Source: Candidatus Bathyarchaeia archaeon (GTDB lineage Archaea > Thermoproteota > Bathyarchaeia > Bathyarchaeales > Bathycorpusculaceae). From it: 64,000 nucleotides of DNA. Each line of letters starts with the position of its first letter. The stretch's first letter is position 1. Where the stretch lies: contig JBEKOM010000002.1 of assembly GCA_049521795.1 (NCBI GenBank), positions 96,001 through 160,000 on the forward strand, read 5' to 3'. Positions 41,019 through 51,483 of the stretch are shown one piece after another. Below the pieces are notes generated by a model. It saw only the letters and a program-made list of their open reading frames with translations, was not told where the DNA came from and made no database searches. A program made the translations under genes and the position numbers.

Positions 41019-42038
41019 ATGTTGCGGAAAACATGGGTTGCAGCATATCTCCTGTTATGCTTGCCCATTTTAGCATGTTCAGTCAATAGAATATCCGCCG
41101 CGTCGACCGAAGTGGACCTCGATCCATTAGTCTCGACGGTAAAAGTGGGAGATATGTTCAGTGTGAACGTGAACGTGACGAACGTGGTTAATCTCACAGC
41201 GTGGCAATTGAACATTTACTATCTAAATGCCGTGATAAACTGCACCAACGTAGCTGAAGGCCCCTTCTTAAAAGCGGGCGGCGGAACATACTTCGGCCAG
41301 AACATTACCAACAACTACAACAGCACATACGGCCGTATCCTAGCATACTCCACACTCTTAGGGATGACTTCAGCGAATGGTGGCGGAGTAATACTCACTG
41401 TCACTTTCAATGCTGTCAGTGAAGGAAGCACTGCCCTAGGGCTCGCTAACACACAACTTGCCGACGAAAAAGTCCCGCCTCAGCAGATTCCTCACCAAAA
41501 TTTTGGCGGGACAGTGACCGTAACCGAGGCGGGTCATGACGTAACCGTGACAAACGTCACATCTGGCAAGATATTCATAGGCCAAGGATACTCAAGCAAC
41601 ATTACTGTAACAATTGGAAATCTGGGAGGCTACACCGAAACCTTCAACACCACGGTATACGCTAACCAAACTATCATCGACACGCCTGTCAACACTACCT
41701 TGACCAGCGGAACCTTCACAACCCTCACGTTTACTTGGAACACTACAGGCTTTGCCTACGGCAACTACACGTTAAGCGCGTTTGCTTGGCCTGTTCCAGG
41801 CGAAAACAGCACGGCGGACAACAACTTCACAGGCGGCGAGATCTCAATTACTATTCCAGGGGACATAAACGGCGACGGCACAGTGAACATCCTCGACGCA
41901 ATAGGGCTGGCCAATTCCTTCCTCACTAACCCTAGCAGTGCAAACTGGAACCCAAACGCAGACATCAACGGCGACAACGTCGTAGACATCCTAGACGCGA
42001 TAATACTGGCAAACAACTTCCTACAACAATACCCATGA
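41019..42038 (+). CDS. Secreted cohesin, CARDB-like, dockerin protein
   Basis: Signal peptide; LTAWQLNIYY..EGPFL; HDVTVTNV; GDINGDGTVNILD / ADINGDNVVDILD. Confidence 0.85.
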   Translation: MLRKTWVAAYLLLCLPILACSVNRISAASTEVDLDPLVSTVKVGDMFSVNVNVTNVVNLTAWQLNIYYLNAVINCTNVAEGPFLKAGGGTYFGQNITNNYNSTYGRILAYSTLLGMTSANGGGVILTVTFNAVSEGSTALGLANTQLADEKVPPQQIPHQNFGGTVTVTEAGHDVTVTNVTSGKIFIGQGYSSNITVTIGNLGGYTETFNTTVYANQTIIDTPVNTTLTSGTFTTLTFTWNTTGFAYGNYTLSAFAWPVPGENSTADNNFTGGEISITIPGDINGDGTVNILDAIGLANSFLTNPSSANWNPNADINGDNVVDILDAIILANNFLQQYP

Positions 42039-42188
42039 CCGCAGACCAGCTACATTCATTCATTCAGTAGCCGACTGCGTGCAGCACGCGCCAATCGATA
42101 ACCGTCCAAAATTGCGCGATTTGTAATTCAAAAAGGTTATATTCGGCCGAGACTATTCTGCTGTGTTTCGGGTGCCATGTGATGCAAG

Positions 42189-45100
42189 GTGACCGCCAAA
42201 TTCAAGACTGATTCTGAAAAAGGCCTCACCGTGGAGTATCACCCGCTTGAACTTGAAGAAGAAATACGTCGATTCTGGGAAGAAAATCACACGCAGCAGA
42301 GGCTAATGGAAGCCAAGGAGAAAAGCAACAAGGGCCTCCTAGGCTATGTTGAAGGACCTCCAACGCTTAACGGCGTGCCACACGTTGGCCATGCAAGAGG
42401 CAGAGTGATGAAGGACTTGCGTTACCGATGGAAGACTATGCAGGGCTACTGTGTGCCGTTCTGGGGAGGATGGGACTGTCAAGGGCTGCCGGTTGAATTG
42501 GAAGTTGAGAAACAGCTCGGCGTTAAGAACAAGCGGGAGCTTCTTGGCAGAGTCGGTGAGGAACATTTCATACAAGAGTGTAAAAAAGCCATAATGAAGT
42601 ATCAGAAAGCATGGGTGGAAGCTGACCGCACACTCGGCATCTTCATGGACCACACTAGAGCATACTGGACGTACTTGGACAGCTACATCGAGAGGGAATG
42701 GCAATACCTCAAACATGCCTGGGACCAAGGCTTACTCGAAGAAGGACATTACGTTGTGGCCTACTGCCCCGGATGCCAAACAAGTCTAAGCAACGCGGAA
42801 GTGGGCTACGAAGGCACGTACCAGCTCGTAGAAGACCCAAGCCTCTACTTCAAGTTCAAAGTCGCTGACAAATTGAATGAGTACTTTCTTGTTTGGACCA
42901 CGATGCCGTTCACGCTTATCACTGACACGATGCTTGCTGTTAGACCGGAAGCCGAGTACGCAAGAGTGCAAGTTGGCGATGAAGTGTGGATTCTCGCGAA
43001 ACAACGCGTTGAACCAATCATGAAAGAACTCGGCATAGAAAAGTACACGGCACTGGCAACTGTTACCGGCAAAAGCCTCGAAAACACGAAATACGAATAC
43101 CCCTTTAAGGACATGGTCCCTAGACAAGTGGAGCTGGAAAAGAGTAACCCATCAGTGCACAAAGTTGTGTGCGAGGACTTCGTGGACGTGGAAACTGCAA
43201 CGGGCGTGGTTCATCTCTCTCCCGGAAACGGCGAGGAAGACTTCTTCGCTGCACAGAGGCGCGGAGTGCCAATATTCGCACCCTTCGATGACGAAGTCAA
43301 GTTCACAGGTGAAGGGGGAAAATTCTGCGGCAAGTTCGCAAGAGACACCGACAGCATGGTCGTCGAAGAACTTCGAACAAGAGGATTGCTCGTCGAAGTA
43401 AAACCCGTGAAACACGAATACCCAACATGCTGGCGTTCGCACCACAAGTTGGTCTGGCTTGCAAGAAAAGAATACTTCCTGAGGACGGACAAGATAAACG
43501 GCAAGGTCTTAGAAGCCGCAGAAAAAGTATCCTACTTCTACGATGAAACCAAGAACAGGTTCATCAGCTTCCTGAAAGAAGGCAAACCCTGGTGCGTATC
43601 CCGAGAGCGGGTCTGGGGAGCACCTCTGCCAGTTTGGAAATGCAGAGAATGCGGGGAAAAGACCATAGTATCGAGCAAGAAAGAGCTTCTCGAAAGGGCC
43701 GTTGAAAAGCCGCGAGGAGAATTTGAGCTGCACAAGCCATGGGTCGACCGAATAACATTCAAGTGCCAAAAGTGCGGGGGCACCATGCAAAGAGAAGACT
43801 TCGTGCTCGACACGTGGCACAACAGTGGCGCTTCACCGTTCGCAAGGTTTACTGACGAAGAATTCTCGAAATACGTTCCAGTTGACTTCCTCACAGAAGC
43901 AGTCGACCAAACCCGCGGATGGGCAAATTCGCTCCTGCTGGAGTACGTCATACTCACTGGAAAGGCTGAAGCGCCCTATAGGGCGTTCCTGTTTCAAGGA
44001 CTAGTGAATGACGCAAAAGGCAGGAAGATGAGTAAGAGCCTCGGAAACGTCATCGAAGCCAACAAGCTGCTGGAGAAGTATTCAGCAGACATATTCCGGT
44101 TCCACAGCTTGCGCAAGTGTTCGCCGATCGACTTCATCAGCTTTGACCCGAACGAGCTGGGCCGAAGAACCTATCAAATCCTCTCCACGCTGTACCATCT
44201 CAACAGGTTCTTCTTGCAGAACGCGGAGTTCGACAACTTCAACCCTCAGAAACACACTCTACAATGGGCAAGAAAAGGGAAAAAGCTGAGGAACCCAGAC
44301 CTCTGGATACTTTCAAAGCTTCAAGAAACGATAGACACCTACACGGCCAAGCTGGAAACGTGCGAATTCAACCTCGCACTTGCTGTCCTGGAAGACTTCG
44401 CCCTAGAAAGCCTGAGCAGGCTTTACGTGCCCATGGTCCGCAAAGAACTGTGGACCGACGACCCAGAAACTCTCGACCGGAGGCTAGCAGTGTACGCAAC
44501 TCTGTGGCACGCTCTGAGGACCATGAACCTCTTATTCAACCCAGTGACGCCTTATCTCAGCGAAGCCTTGCACCAGAAAGTCTACAGAAAACTGGACCCT
44601 GAGCTACCAGAATCAGTGAACTTTGAAAGCTGGCCACAGTTAGACAAGAAACTGCGAAACAAGAAGCTGGAGGAAGACTTCCAGACGCTGTTCAAATGCG
44701 TTTCACTTGTCTACTCTGCAAGACAGAGCGCTGGAGTGAAAAGAAGATGGCCCTTAAGCAAGCTGGTCGTGGTCGCCCCAGAGAAAGTGAGTGCCGCCCT
44801 GAAGAGCGTTGAAGATTTATTCCTCGAACTTGCAAACGTCAAAGTCGCAGATTATGCAACTGGAAAAGCTTCACAGTACGCAAGTTCAGAAGGATGGGTG
44901 TCCGCGTCTGACGGCGACGTTCAGATCTTCTTGGACGTTCATCGTGACGAACAGCTGCTCGGCGCGGGTCTAATGCGTGACCTCGCTCGAAGGGTCCAAG
45001 CCTTGAGAAAGGAGCTTGGCTACGTGCCAACGGATATCATGGAGGCGGTCTACATATCAGAACTCGACGACGAAAGCATCAGGCTGTTAAAGCCGCACCT

Positions 45101-45248
45101 GCCTCAGATGAAAGAACTTGTCCGCGCAAAAACCGTGCATCTACAAGGCAGCCGCGCAGAAAGAGAGATGAAGTGGCACGAGTCGCAACTGGACGAAAAA
45201 AAAGTCTCGATCGCAATCTCTCCAGGAACAGCGAAGCAATCATCGTAG
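42189..45248 (+). CDS. ileS: Isoleucine--tRNA ligase (archaeal type)
   Basis: EGPP..PHVGH, GWDCQGLPVE, WTTMP, DQTRGW, KMSKS. Confidence 0.97.
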   Translation: MTAKFKTDSEKGLTVEYHPLELEEEIRRFWEENHTQQRLMEAKEKSNKGLLGYVEGPPTLNGVPHVGHARGRVMKDLRYRWKTMQGYCVPFWGGWDCQGLPVELEVEKQLGVKNKRELLGRVGEEHFIQECKKAIMKYQKAWVEADRTLGIFMDHTRAYWTYLDSYIEREWQYLKHAWDQGLLEEGHYVVAYCPGCQTSLSNAEVGYEGTYQLVEDPSLYFKFKVADKLNEYFLVWTTMPFTLITDTMLAVRPEAEYARVQVGDEVWILAKQRVEPIMKELGIEKYTALATVTGKSLENTKYEYPFKDMVPRQVELEKSNPSVHKVVCEDFVDVETATGVVHLSPGNGEEDFFAAQRRGVPIFAPFDDEVKFTGEGGKFCGKFARDTDSMVVEELRTRGLLVEVKPVKHEYPTCWRSHHKLVWLARKEYFLRTDKINGKVLEAAEKVSYFYDETKNRFISFLKEGKPWCVSRERVWGAPLPVWKCRECGEKTIVSSKKELLERAVEKPRGEFELHKPWVDRITFKCQKCGGTMQREDFVLDTWHNSGASPFARFTDEEFSKYVPVDFLTEAVDQTRGWANSLLLEYVILTGKAEAPYRAFLFQGLVNDAKGRKMSKSLGNVIEANKLLEKYSADIFRFHSLRKCSPIDFISFDPNELGRRTYQILSTLYHLNRFFLQNAEFDNFNPQKHTLQWARKGKKLRNPDLWILSKLQETIDTYTAKLETCEFNLALAVLEDFALESLSRLYVPMVRKELWTDDPETLDRRLAVYATLWHALRTMNLLFNPVTPYLSEALHQKVYRKLDPELPESVNFESWPQLDKKLRNKKLEEDFQTLFKCVSLVYSARQSAGVKRRWPLSKLVVVAPEKVSAALKSVEDLFLELANVKVADYATGKASQYASSEGWVSASDGDVQIFLDVHRDEQLLGAGLMRDLARRVQALRKELGYVPTDIMEAVYISELDDESIRLLKPHLPQMKELVRAKTVHLQGSRAEREMKWHESQLDEKKVSIAISPGTAKQSS

Positions 45249-45307
45249 CGCTATCCGTATTGGGAAGTGTGACAACAGACTAGACATCCAAGATCAAGCT
45301 TGAAAGG

Positions 45308-45799
45308 ATGACTTTCAACAAACTGAGAGAGATGGTGAATTTGGAGAATATCGTTGCAGTCGTACAAGGGTTGAAGGGAAGAACAACCGACATCATTTAC
45401 GACCTGTTCTTTGCTGAAAAAAGAGTAGTTGCTGCTGTCGTACTCTACTTTTCTGACCTGACTGACATCTATGGGAAGATTAGTATAATGACTTTATTGT
45501 TTGGTAACTTTTCTCAGCACGGTGAAGTCAAGATGCGATCTGCGAGGCTGATGAATGAAAGAAGGCTGGCCTTCAAGGACAAGACCCTCGACGAGATCTT
45601 AGCCTTGCACAGAGCGAGCATGGAAATAGGCTACGACACCGTCGTTTCTGTTACCGTCAAGAAAGGGCTTATGCAAACGTCTTTGGAGTTTGTAATCCAA
45701 GGACCTCCCGAAAAGAAGATAGACTTTCGGTTGGAAGAAAGCCAAATAAGCGAAGTTGAAGAACTGATAAAAAAAGTTCTACCGAACAAGATAAAATGA
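45308..45799 (+). CDS. Hypothetical protein
   Basis: 163-aa ORF co-oriented after ileS; no recognised motif. Confidence 0.6.
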   Translation: MTFNKLREMVNLENIVAVVQGLKGRTTDIIYDLFFAEKRVVAAVVLYFSDLTDIYGKISIMTLLFGNFSQHGEVKMRSARLMNERRLAFKDKTLDEILALHRASMEIGYDTVVSVTVKKGLMQTSLEFVIQGPPEKKIDFRLEESQISEVEELIKKVLPNKIK

Positions 45800-46010
45800 A
45801 AGGCTATTTCAGAGAGAAGAACTGGATCAAATATCTCTTGGAACATTTGAGGCATCGCACATCAGGCGCTGGTTTGTTTCAAAATCAAAGTAGTGTTCCA
45901 ACGCAAATCGTGCTGTTCATCCTAGACGTGATTTCTAATGCTCGATCACCAACAAAATGAGACCGAAAGCTATATCTTTTCTTAATCGACGTTCCTTCCG
46001 AAAGAAAGTG

Positions 46011-46085
46011 GGGCCGGTAGTTCAGCCTGGTATGAACGCCGCATTCGCAATGCGGAAGTCGTGGGTTCAAATCCCGCCCGGTCCA
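46011..46085 (+). tRNA. tRNA-Ala (CGC)
   Basis: GGGCCGG/CCGGTCC acceptor with G3:U70; anticodon arm CCGCA-TTCGCAA-TGCGG; GGTTCAAATCC. Confidence 0.96.
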
Positions 46086-46124
46086 TTATCGGACTTGAAG
46101 CGCGCCCTAAATGACTCGCGCTGT

Positions 46125-47066
46125 TCACTTTTGTGCTCTGCTTCGCCTAACGTAGGCGGAGGCTTTCATGGCTGCCATCGCTCCCTCACCAGCCGCTGTA
46201 ACAACCTGCATTCCACCGCACGTGCAGTCTCCCGCCGCGAACACCCCTTCAACACTCGTTCTCTGCAGACGATCCACGATCAGGTAGCCATTCTTGTCAG
46301 TTTCTATTCCAGCCTTTCTCACTATCTCAGTCATCGGGACACCGCCCAAAGCAACGAACACCCCTCTCACTTCTTTCTCAACCTCTCGTCGCGCATCATG
46401 TTCAAGGATTCTTATTGACTTCACAACCTGCTCCCCGAGGATTGCGACAAGCTGTCCCTCAATGACCTCCACGTTAGGCTTGTCCTGAAACTTTTCCTTC
46501 AATTTGCCCTTAAGCTCCGAGTCTTTCTCATGCGTCACCACAGTCACGCTCTTCGCCAAGCCAGCAAGAAACAAAGCATCCGTCACTGCTTCTGGACCTC
46601 CGCCAACAACCGCAACTGCCGCATTCCTAAAAAACGGGCCATCACACACAGCACAGTAGCTAACCCCCCTACCAAGAAACTCCGCGTCCCCAGGAACCAG
46701 CAGTTTTCTTCTTTGCGTTCCCGTCGAGATGATCAAGGCTAACGCCGAATAAGTCCCTTCTCGCGTAGTCACTCTTTTGACCCTGCCATCGACATCCAGA
46801 CCGATAACATCTGTTGCATTCTCTATCCTTGCACCAAGACGCGTTGCCTGTCTACTCATCTTCGCAGCCAATTCGCTTCCCGTTATCCCCTCCTCAAACC
46901 CAGGAAAGTTCTCTATCCTCGCAGCTTGCAAAGCTCTCCCCCCGGCAGCACCCACTTCCAAAACCAAAGTTCTCAACCCAAGCCAAGAAGAATAAATCCC
47001 AGCAGTCAAGCCAGCCGGCCCAGCACCGATGACTATAATGTCGCAATTCTCGTCTTCTTCGCTCAT
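46125..47066 (-). CDS. trxB: Thioredoxin reductase
   Basis: GAGPAG, IENFPG, GVSYCAVCDG, GVFAAGD. Confidence 0.92.
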   Translation of the reverse strand: MSEEDENCDIIVIGAGPAGLTAGIYSSWLGLRTLVLEVGAAGGRALQAARIENFPGFEEGITGSELAAKMSRQATRLGARIENATDVIGLDVDGRVKRVTTREGTYSALALIISTGTQRRKLLVPGDAEFLGRGVSYCAVCDGPFFRNAAVAVVGGGPEAVTDALFLAGLAKSVTVVTHEKDSELKGKLKEKFQDKPNVEVIEGQLVAILGEQVVKSIRILEHDARREVEKEVRGVFVALGGVPMTEIVRKAGIETDKNGYLIVDRLQRTSVEGVFAAGDCTCGGMQVVTAAGEGAMAAMKASAYVRRSRAQK

Positions 47067-47449
47067 CCTTGTAGTCCCCTAAATCGCGAGAACAGCAATA
47101 TTAACCATTAGAAATCTTGCCACTCCGCTAATATTCTTTTGGGCGCGTGCTGTCTTTGCAAGATTTTACCCAAGAATTGATGTGCGCTGCGTACGCATGA
47201 CCTCAGGATATCGCACAATGAAAGTATTTCGCTTGGCACTCGACTTCAAAGCCGATGTTCATGGAGAAGATGTTACAGACTGATTTTCTGTATATAATAT
47301 GAGGAAGAGCAAAGGAGTAAGACTGCTATTTCTTAGTCTCATTTTGTTGTGTGACTTCTGCAAGGCTAACGCGAGGAGTTCAGGCAGAATCGTTCGTACG
47401 GACCGACCGATCATCATGAACCTGATGCAGCGGAAAAATAGTTATTTTA

Positions 47450-47608
47450 CTATTGGTTGACCGAAGTGAAAAAAGTAAAGAAAGGAAAATTGTTGAGGCA
47501 AAGCAGGATAAATGAGACAAACCAGGTGTTGTATGAGCATTGGTTCCAGCAGTAGCTGCCGCCCTTGGAAACACAGTTCTTGCATTCGGGTCTATCAAAA
47601 AACTTCAT
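47450..47608 (-). CDS. Possible 52-aa Cys-rich microprotein (below ORF-track cutoff)
   Basis: MKFFDRPECKNCVSKGGSYCWNQCSYNTW..., CxxC-x7-Cx3C. Confidence 0.35.
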   Translation of the reverse strand: MKFFDRPECKNCVSKGGSYCWNQCSYNTWFVSFILLCLNNFPFFTFFTSVNQ

Positions 47609-48007
47609 TATTCCAAACTGCCCCCATTATTCTAACCGTTAAACTTCCATTTTTACTTTATGGTGTTGTCATTTGGCCCAATGTTGAAACGGCAGCAGTG
47701 TGCAAGAACCAAGACAACGCCAATAGTGGTGTCTAGTAAGTTATCTTAGGCAGCAATGTTCTTTTTCAAGCGTGTCTTCTTCTATCTTGAAGGTTTCAAG
47801 CTCGTCCTTCTTGAGTATGGCCTTCAGTTCTTAGCGCCCTACTGGGAACCGTCCAGCCCGCGTTTCTTATCTCGAAGATCTGGCCTAGACGATCAGTTCC
47901 TTCTCCGCTTCATGCTTGCAGAGCACTAGGGATCTGTAGGTAAGATTTTTAAGACTGGGGCAGACTGAGTTGCCTTCATCAGAAGCGAAAATCAGGAGTG
48001 ATTAGGC

Positions 48008-49036
48008 GTGTCGGCGACGGTAGATGGAACCACAACGTCTTCTGTCATTGTGAAGGTTGAGAACCTCTCGAAGACCTTTGGCAAGTTGAAGGCCGTCGAC
48101 AACGTAAGCTTCGAAATCAAAGAAGGGGAGATCTTCGGTTTCGTCGGCCCCAACGGTGCGGGCAAGACCACGACTATCAATATGCTCACGACCCTGCTCA
48201 AGCCTACATCGGGGAACGCGGTGGTTTGCGGCTACGACATATTCAAGCAGCCGAACGAAGTGCGAAGAAATGTCGGGGTTGTGCCTCAGGAGTACACAGC
48301 TGACGAGGACATGACTGGAATCAACAACGTCCTTCTCTGCGCCGATCTTTACGGCATACCGAGAAGTGATTCTAAGCCCCACGCAGAAGAGCTGCTCAAG
48401 CTGGTAGAGCTTCAAGAAGCCGCAAAAAGGAAGGTAAGCACCTACTCCGGAGGAATGCGCAGGAGACTGGAGCTCGCCTGCGGCTTGATCAATTATCCGA
48501 AACTGCTGTTTCTGGATGAACCTACGCTAGGGCTTGACGTTCAAACGCGCACCGTGGTCTGGAAGTACATCAAAATGTTAAAAACCGAATATCACATGAC
48601 TCTTTTCCTAACCACCCACTACCTCGAAGAAGCTGACACGCTCTGCGAAAGAATCGCCATAATCGATCACGGCGAAATCATAAAAATCGGCTCACCCGAA
48701 GAGCTGAAGGAAAGCATTGGCGGAGACGTCATTGTGGTCACGCTCAAGGAGACAGAGCCGGACATCTCATCCGATATTGCTGGTATCAAACTGGTGAGCG
48801 ACGTTCAGAAGAACAACAACAATTATCGCATCAAAGTGCAGCTCGGAGAGGAGGCTTCCCCGCAAATTACAGACCTGATTCGATCCAAAGGACTTCACGT
48901 TACGAAAATCTCGTTGACAAAGCCAACCTTAGACGAAGCATACTTGGAATTCACCGGTCGCAACCTGAGAGAAGAAGAAGCTGACAGAATGCAGATGTTT
49001 AAACAACGCGTGACGGTGATGAGAGCAAGATCCTAG
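48008..49036 (+). CDS. ABC exporter ATP-binding subunit (DrrA-like)
   Basis: GPNGAGKT, YSGGM, LFLDEPT, TTHY. Confidence 0.95.
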   Translation: MSATVDGTTTSSVIVKVENLSKTFGKLKAVDNVSFEIKEGEIFGFVGPNGAGKTTTINMLTTLLKPTSGNAVVCGYDIFKQPNEVRRNVGVVPQEYTADEDMTGINNVLLCADLYGIPRSDSKPHAEELLKLVELQEAAKRKVSTYSGGMRRRLELACGLINYPKLLFLDEPTLGLDVQTRTVVWKYIKMLKTEYHMTLFLTTHYLEEADTLCERIAIIDHGEIIKIGSPEELKESIGGDVIVVTLKETEPDISSDIAGIKLVSDVQKNNNNYRIKVQLGEEASPQITDLIRSKGLHVTKISLTKPTLDEAYLEFTGRNLREEEADRMQMFKQRVTVMRARS

Positions 49037-49038
49037 CG

Positions 49039-49974
49039 ATGAGAGACATGGAAAAAATCAAATCGCCAAAAAGTAAAGAAGCAGTGCGAGAAGAACAGTC
49101 CAAAGTGGCTTCTACAGAAAATCAGAAGATTGTCAGAGCTGCCCCTAAACTGAGCAGGAGTCCCCTGCATGGATTATGGGCATTGACGAACAGAGACTTG
49201 AGAAAGTGGTACACAAACCCAATCCAGCTATTCACATCGTTAATCCAGCCTGTGGTCTGGCTCGCGCTGTTCGGCAAAGCCCTAAACTTTGGAACATTCA
49301 TTTCTGGATCAGGAGCTACGCTGGCCCAGCAAAACGCAATTCTGTTGAACTATTTTGGCACAACTAGCTACTTTTCATTCTTAGGTTGTGGAATGCTTGC
49401 CTTCGTCGTCCTGTTCACTTCCGCGTTCAGCGGAATGTCAGTCGTGTTTGACCGCAGGTTCGGTTTCCTGAACAAGGCCCTTAGCACGCCTGTGGCGCGA
49501 GGAGCGATCGTGATGGGAAAAGTCCTCCAAAGTGTCGGCAGGTCACTGATTCAATCCGCCATAGTCTTGGCGATCGCAGTAGTACTCGGGATGGAGACCG
49601 CTCATTTCACCGTCGCCGGCGTTGCAGGCGCATTCGTCATCATCTTCCTCATGGCCACGGGGCTGTCTGCTTTATTCACCATGCTCGCGTTGAGATCAAG
49701 TGATTGGCAGACGCAAGTGGCCATCATAAACCTGATAAACCTGCCACTGCTGTTCGCTAGCAACGCACTGTTCCCAGTAGCGATCATGCCGACTTGGCTT
49801 CAAGACATCGTGAAAGTCAACCCGGTCAGTTACGCTAATGATGGAGTAAGACAATTGCTGATAGGCGCAACGGGTATGAGCAGTCTTCTAGTAGACTTTG
49901 CGGTCTTGATCGGATTCGCCTTTGTGTTATCTGCAATTGGAATCGTCCTTTCTTGGAGACTCCTCTCCAAGTAG
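49039..49974 (+). CDS. ABC-2 type permease (DrrB-like)
   Basis: QPVVWL.LFG, DRRFG, LLFASNALFP..MP.WL..NPVSY. Confidence 0.92.
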   Translation: MRDMEKIKSPKSKEAVREEQSKVASTENQKIVRAAPKLSRSPLHGLWALTNRDLRKWYTNPIQLFTSLIQPVVWLALFGKALNFGTFISGSGATLAQQNAILLNYFGTTSYFSFLGCGMLAFVVLFTSAFSGMSVVFDRRFGFLNKALSTPVARGAIVMGKVLQSVGRSLIQSAIVLAIAVVLGMETAHFTVAGVAGAFVIIFLMATGLSALFTMLALRSSDWQTQVAIINLINLPLLFASNALFPVAIMPTWLQDIVKVNPVSYANDGVRQLLIGATGMSSLLVDFAVLIGFAFVLSAIGIVLSWRLLSK

Positions 49975-50044
49975 CACCAGCGCAGGAGCGCTCTCAAATA
50001 GGAGCTGTAACAACAAGCTTAATGATAGGAGTATCAGCAGAGCG

Positions 50045-50632
50045 TTACTGCGGTTTCTGCTCGGTTGTTTGTTTCTCTGGTTGCGCGATCAGAGCGCCGC
50101 CGAATCCGGCTCCCCACATGAGAATTGGATAAAGAATCATGCGTTCCATTCCGCCTGCCCCTAGTCCCAGGTAGTTGTTGCTCGCGAAGAGAACCAATGC
50201 TCCAAGCGACATCAACCCCAGTATCACAGCTATAACAGAGAACGGCTTTCTTACCAACTTGAACGAGAATATGGCTGAAAGTCCGCCGAACAGAAAAGCT
50301 ATCAACGATACAACAGGGTGAAATGCACCACTGTTTTCTGTGAAAACGCCGACGCCCATGGCTCCGACGGCCGCCAGGACCAGCAGCACCGTCAAAGCCT
50401 TGAAGTTGAAGGCGCGTTGAAGAAAGTATGTTCCGATGATCAATAACAGCCCCATGAGGAAGACAGATGCGTTGAAGATCATCGAGGAAGGCCCTACTCC
50501 GAGATCGCTTATGTAATTGTCAGACACGCTGTAACCTGAATACAAGGCTTCCGCAACGATCAGACCTAGGACGAACTGAGAAGCTGCAAAGAAAATGAGC
50601 GTTCCTGCCACTTTTCCACTGGAATATGCCAT
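50045..50632 (-). CDS. DUF998-like membrane protein
   Basis: YSVSDNYISDLG, GVGVF, H, GGMER motifs; start at MAYSSG. Confidence 0.75.
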   Translation of the reverse strand: MAYSSGKVAGTLIFFAASQFVLGLIVAEALYSGYSVSDNYISDLGVGPSSMIFNASVFLMGLLLIIGTYFLQRAFNFKALTVLLVLAAVGAMGVGVFTENSGAFHPVVSLIAFLFGGLSAIFSFKLVRKPFSVIAVILGLMSLGALVLFASNNYLGLGAGGMERMILYPILMWGAGFGGALIAQPEKQTTEQKPQ

Positions 50633-50973
50633 ACTGTGTGGTATTGCATCTGAAACGGATAAGATTTGCGCGCGCGCTACGACGCGTGCGGACTGTGAGG
50701 GTGGCGACGTGAAACATGATTGTTTCTCCCATCTCCCCCTTTCCGAGGTGAGTATGGTGCCGCCAACGAGATGAAGAGTCCGCACGCGCCACTTAAACCA
50801 TGGACGACACCGAAAATACGCTTTCTGGAACAAGCCTATAGAAGAATCTTCTAGAACTGAAACCCACATAGCTTAGCGCGCGCTCTATCTAGATCTGTTG
50901 CGGCAATCAATTCTTGGGACAAATCAGCGCAGCCGTGGCAGGGAACATTCGTGAACTGAGGAAGAAAGAAAAG

Positions 50974-51414
50974 TCATTCGTCAGGCAAGGGCACGATAGG
51001 CAGTCTATTTTCTTTCGGTGAGTATGTCGGAATATACGCGTAGGGTTCCTCTCCGCCTGAGTAAACCCGTCCGTCAGGAGGAAGCACGTTCACACTTGTG
51101 GGATCGTTTCCTGAAGTCTGGGACGTGTTCTGGCCGTTTGGTGTTCCGACGGGAACGCCGTTAGGAACAGCCTCATTCGTGCTCTTCGAGTTTCCTTCAG
51201 GCAAATTTTCACCTCCTCTTTGTCCCCCACTAGAACTAGTGTCCGCATTTTCCTTGCTAGGCGAGGCATTGCAGCTTACAGTCTCGTTCGGCTGATTACT
51301 AGTCTCTATAGGTTTTTCCTCGGACGTTTGTTTGATGTTTGCAGTTAGGCACGTTGAACTCGCAACGAGTAGAACTGTCACAAGCATTGGGACAAGAACC
51401 GCTAATATTCTCAT
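50974..51414 (-). CDS. Secreted low-complexity hypothetical protein
   Basis: Signal peptide then S/N/G/P-rich region. Confidence 0.55.
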   Translation of the reverse strand: MRILAVLVPMLVTVLLVASSTCLTANIKQTSEEKPIETSNQPNETVSCNASPSKENADTSSSGGQRGGENLPEGNSKSTNEAVPNGVPVGTPNGQNTSQTSGNDPTSVNVLPPDGRVYSGGEEPYAYIPTYSPKENRLPIVPLPDE

Positions 51415-51483
51415 CGTGTTCTTCTCATGTATAGACGGAGCGTTCTCTCTAGAAAAAGATTGCGCCGGTTTTGATGTTACGAG

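Larger units (their letters stand above)
40476..42094 (+). repeat. Direct repeat of dockerin 3' half plus 3' UTR (40476-40621 vs 41946-42094)
   Basis: First 104 bp differ at 2 positions; similarity continues past the stop codons. Confidence 0.9.

Noticed and set aside
40476-42094. Dockerin repeat pair as a DGR template/variable repeat
   Set aside because: Only two mismatches in the core, one not at adenine; both copies are coding; no reverse transcriptase in the window.
45957-46418. 153-aa ORF, and likewise the N-terminal extension of ORF 56966
   Set aside because: They run through tRNA genes or antisense to trxB; shadow ORFs.
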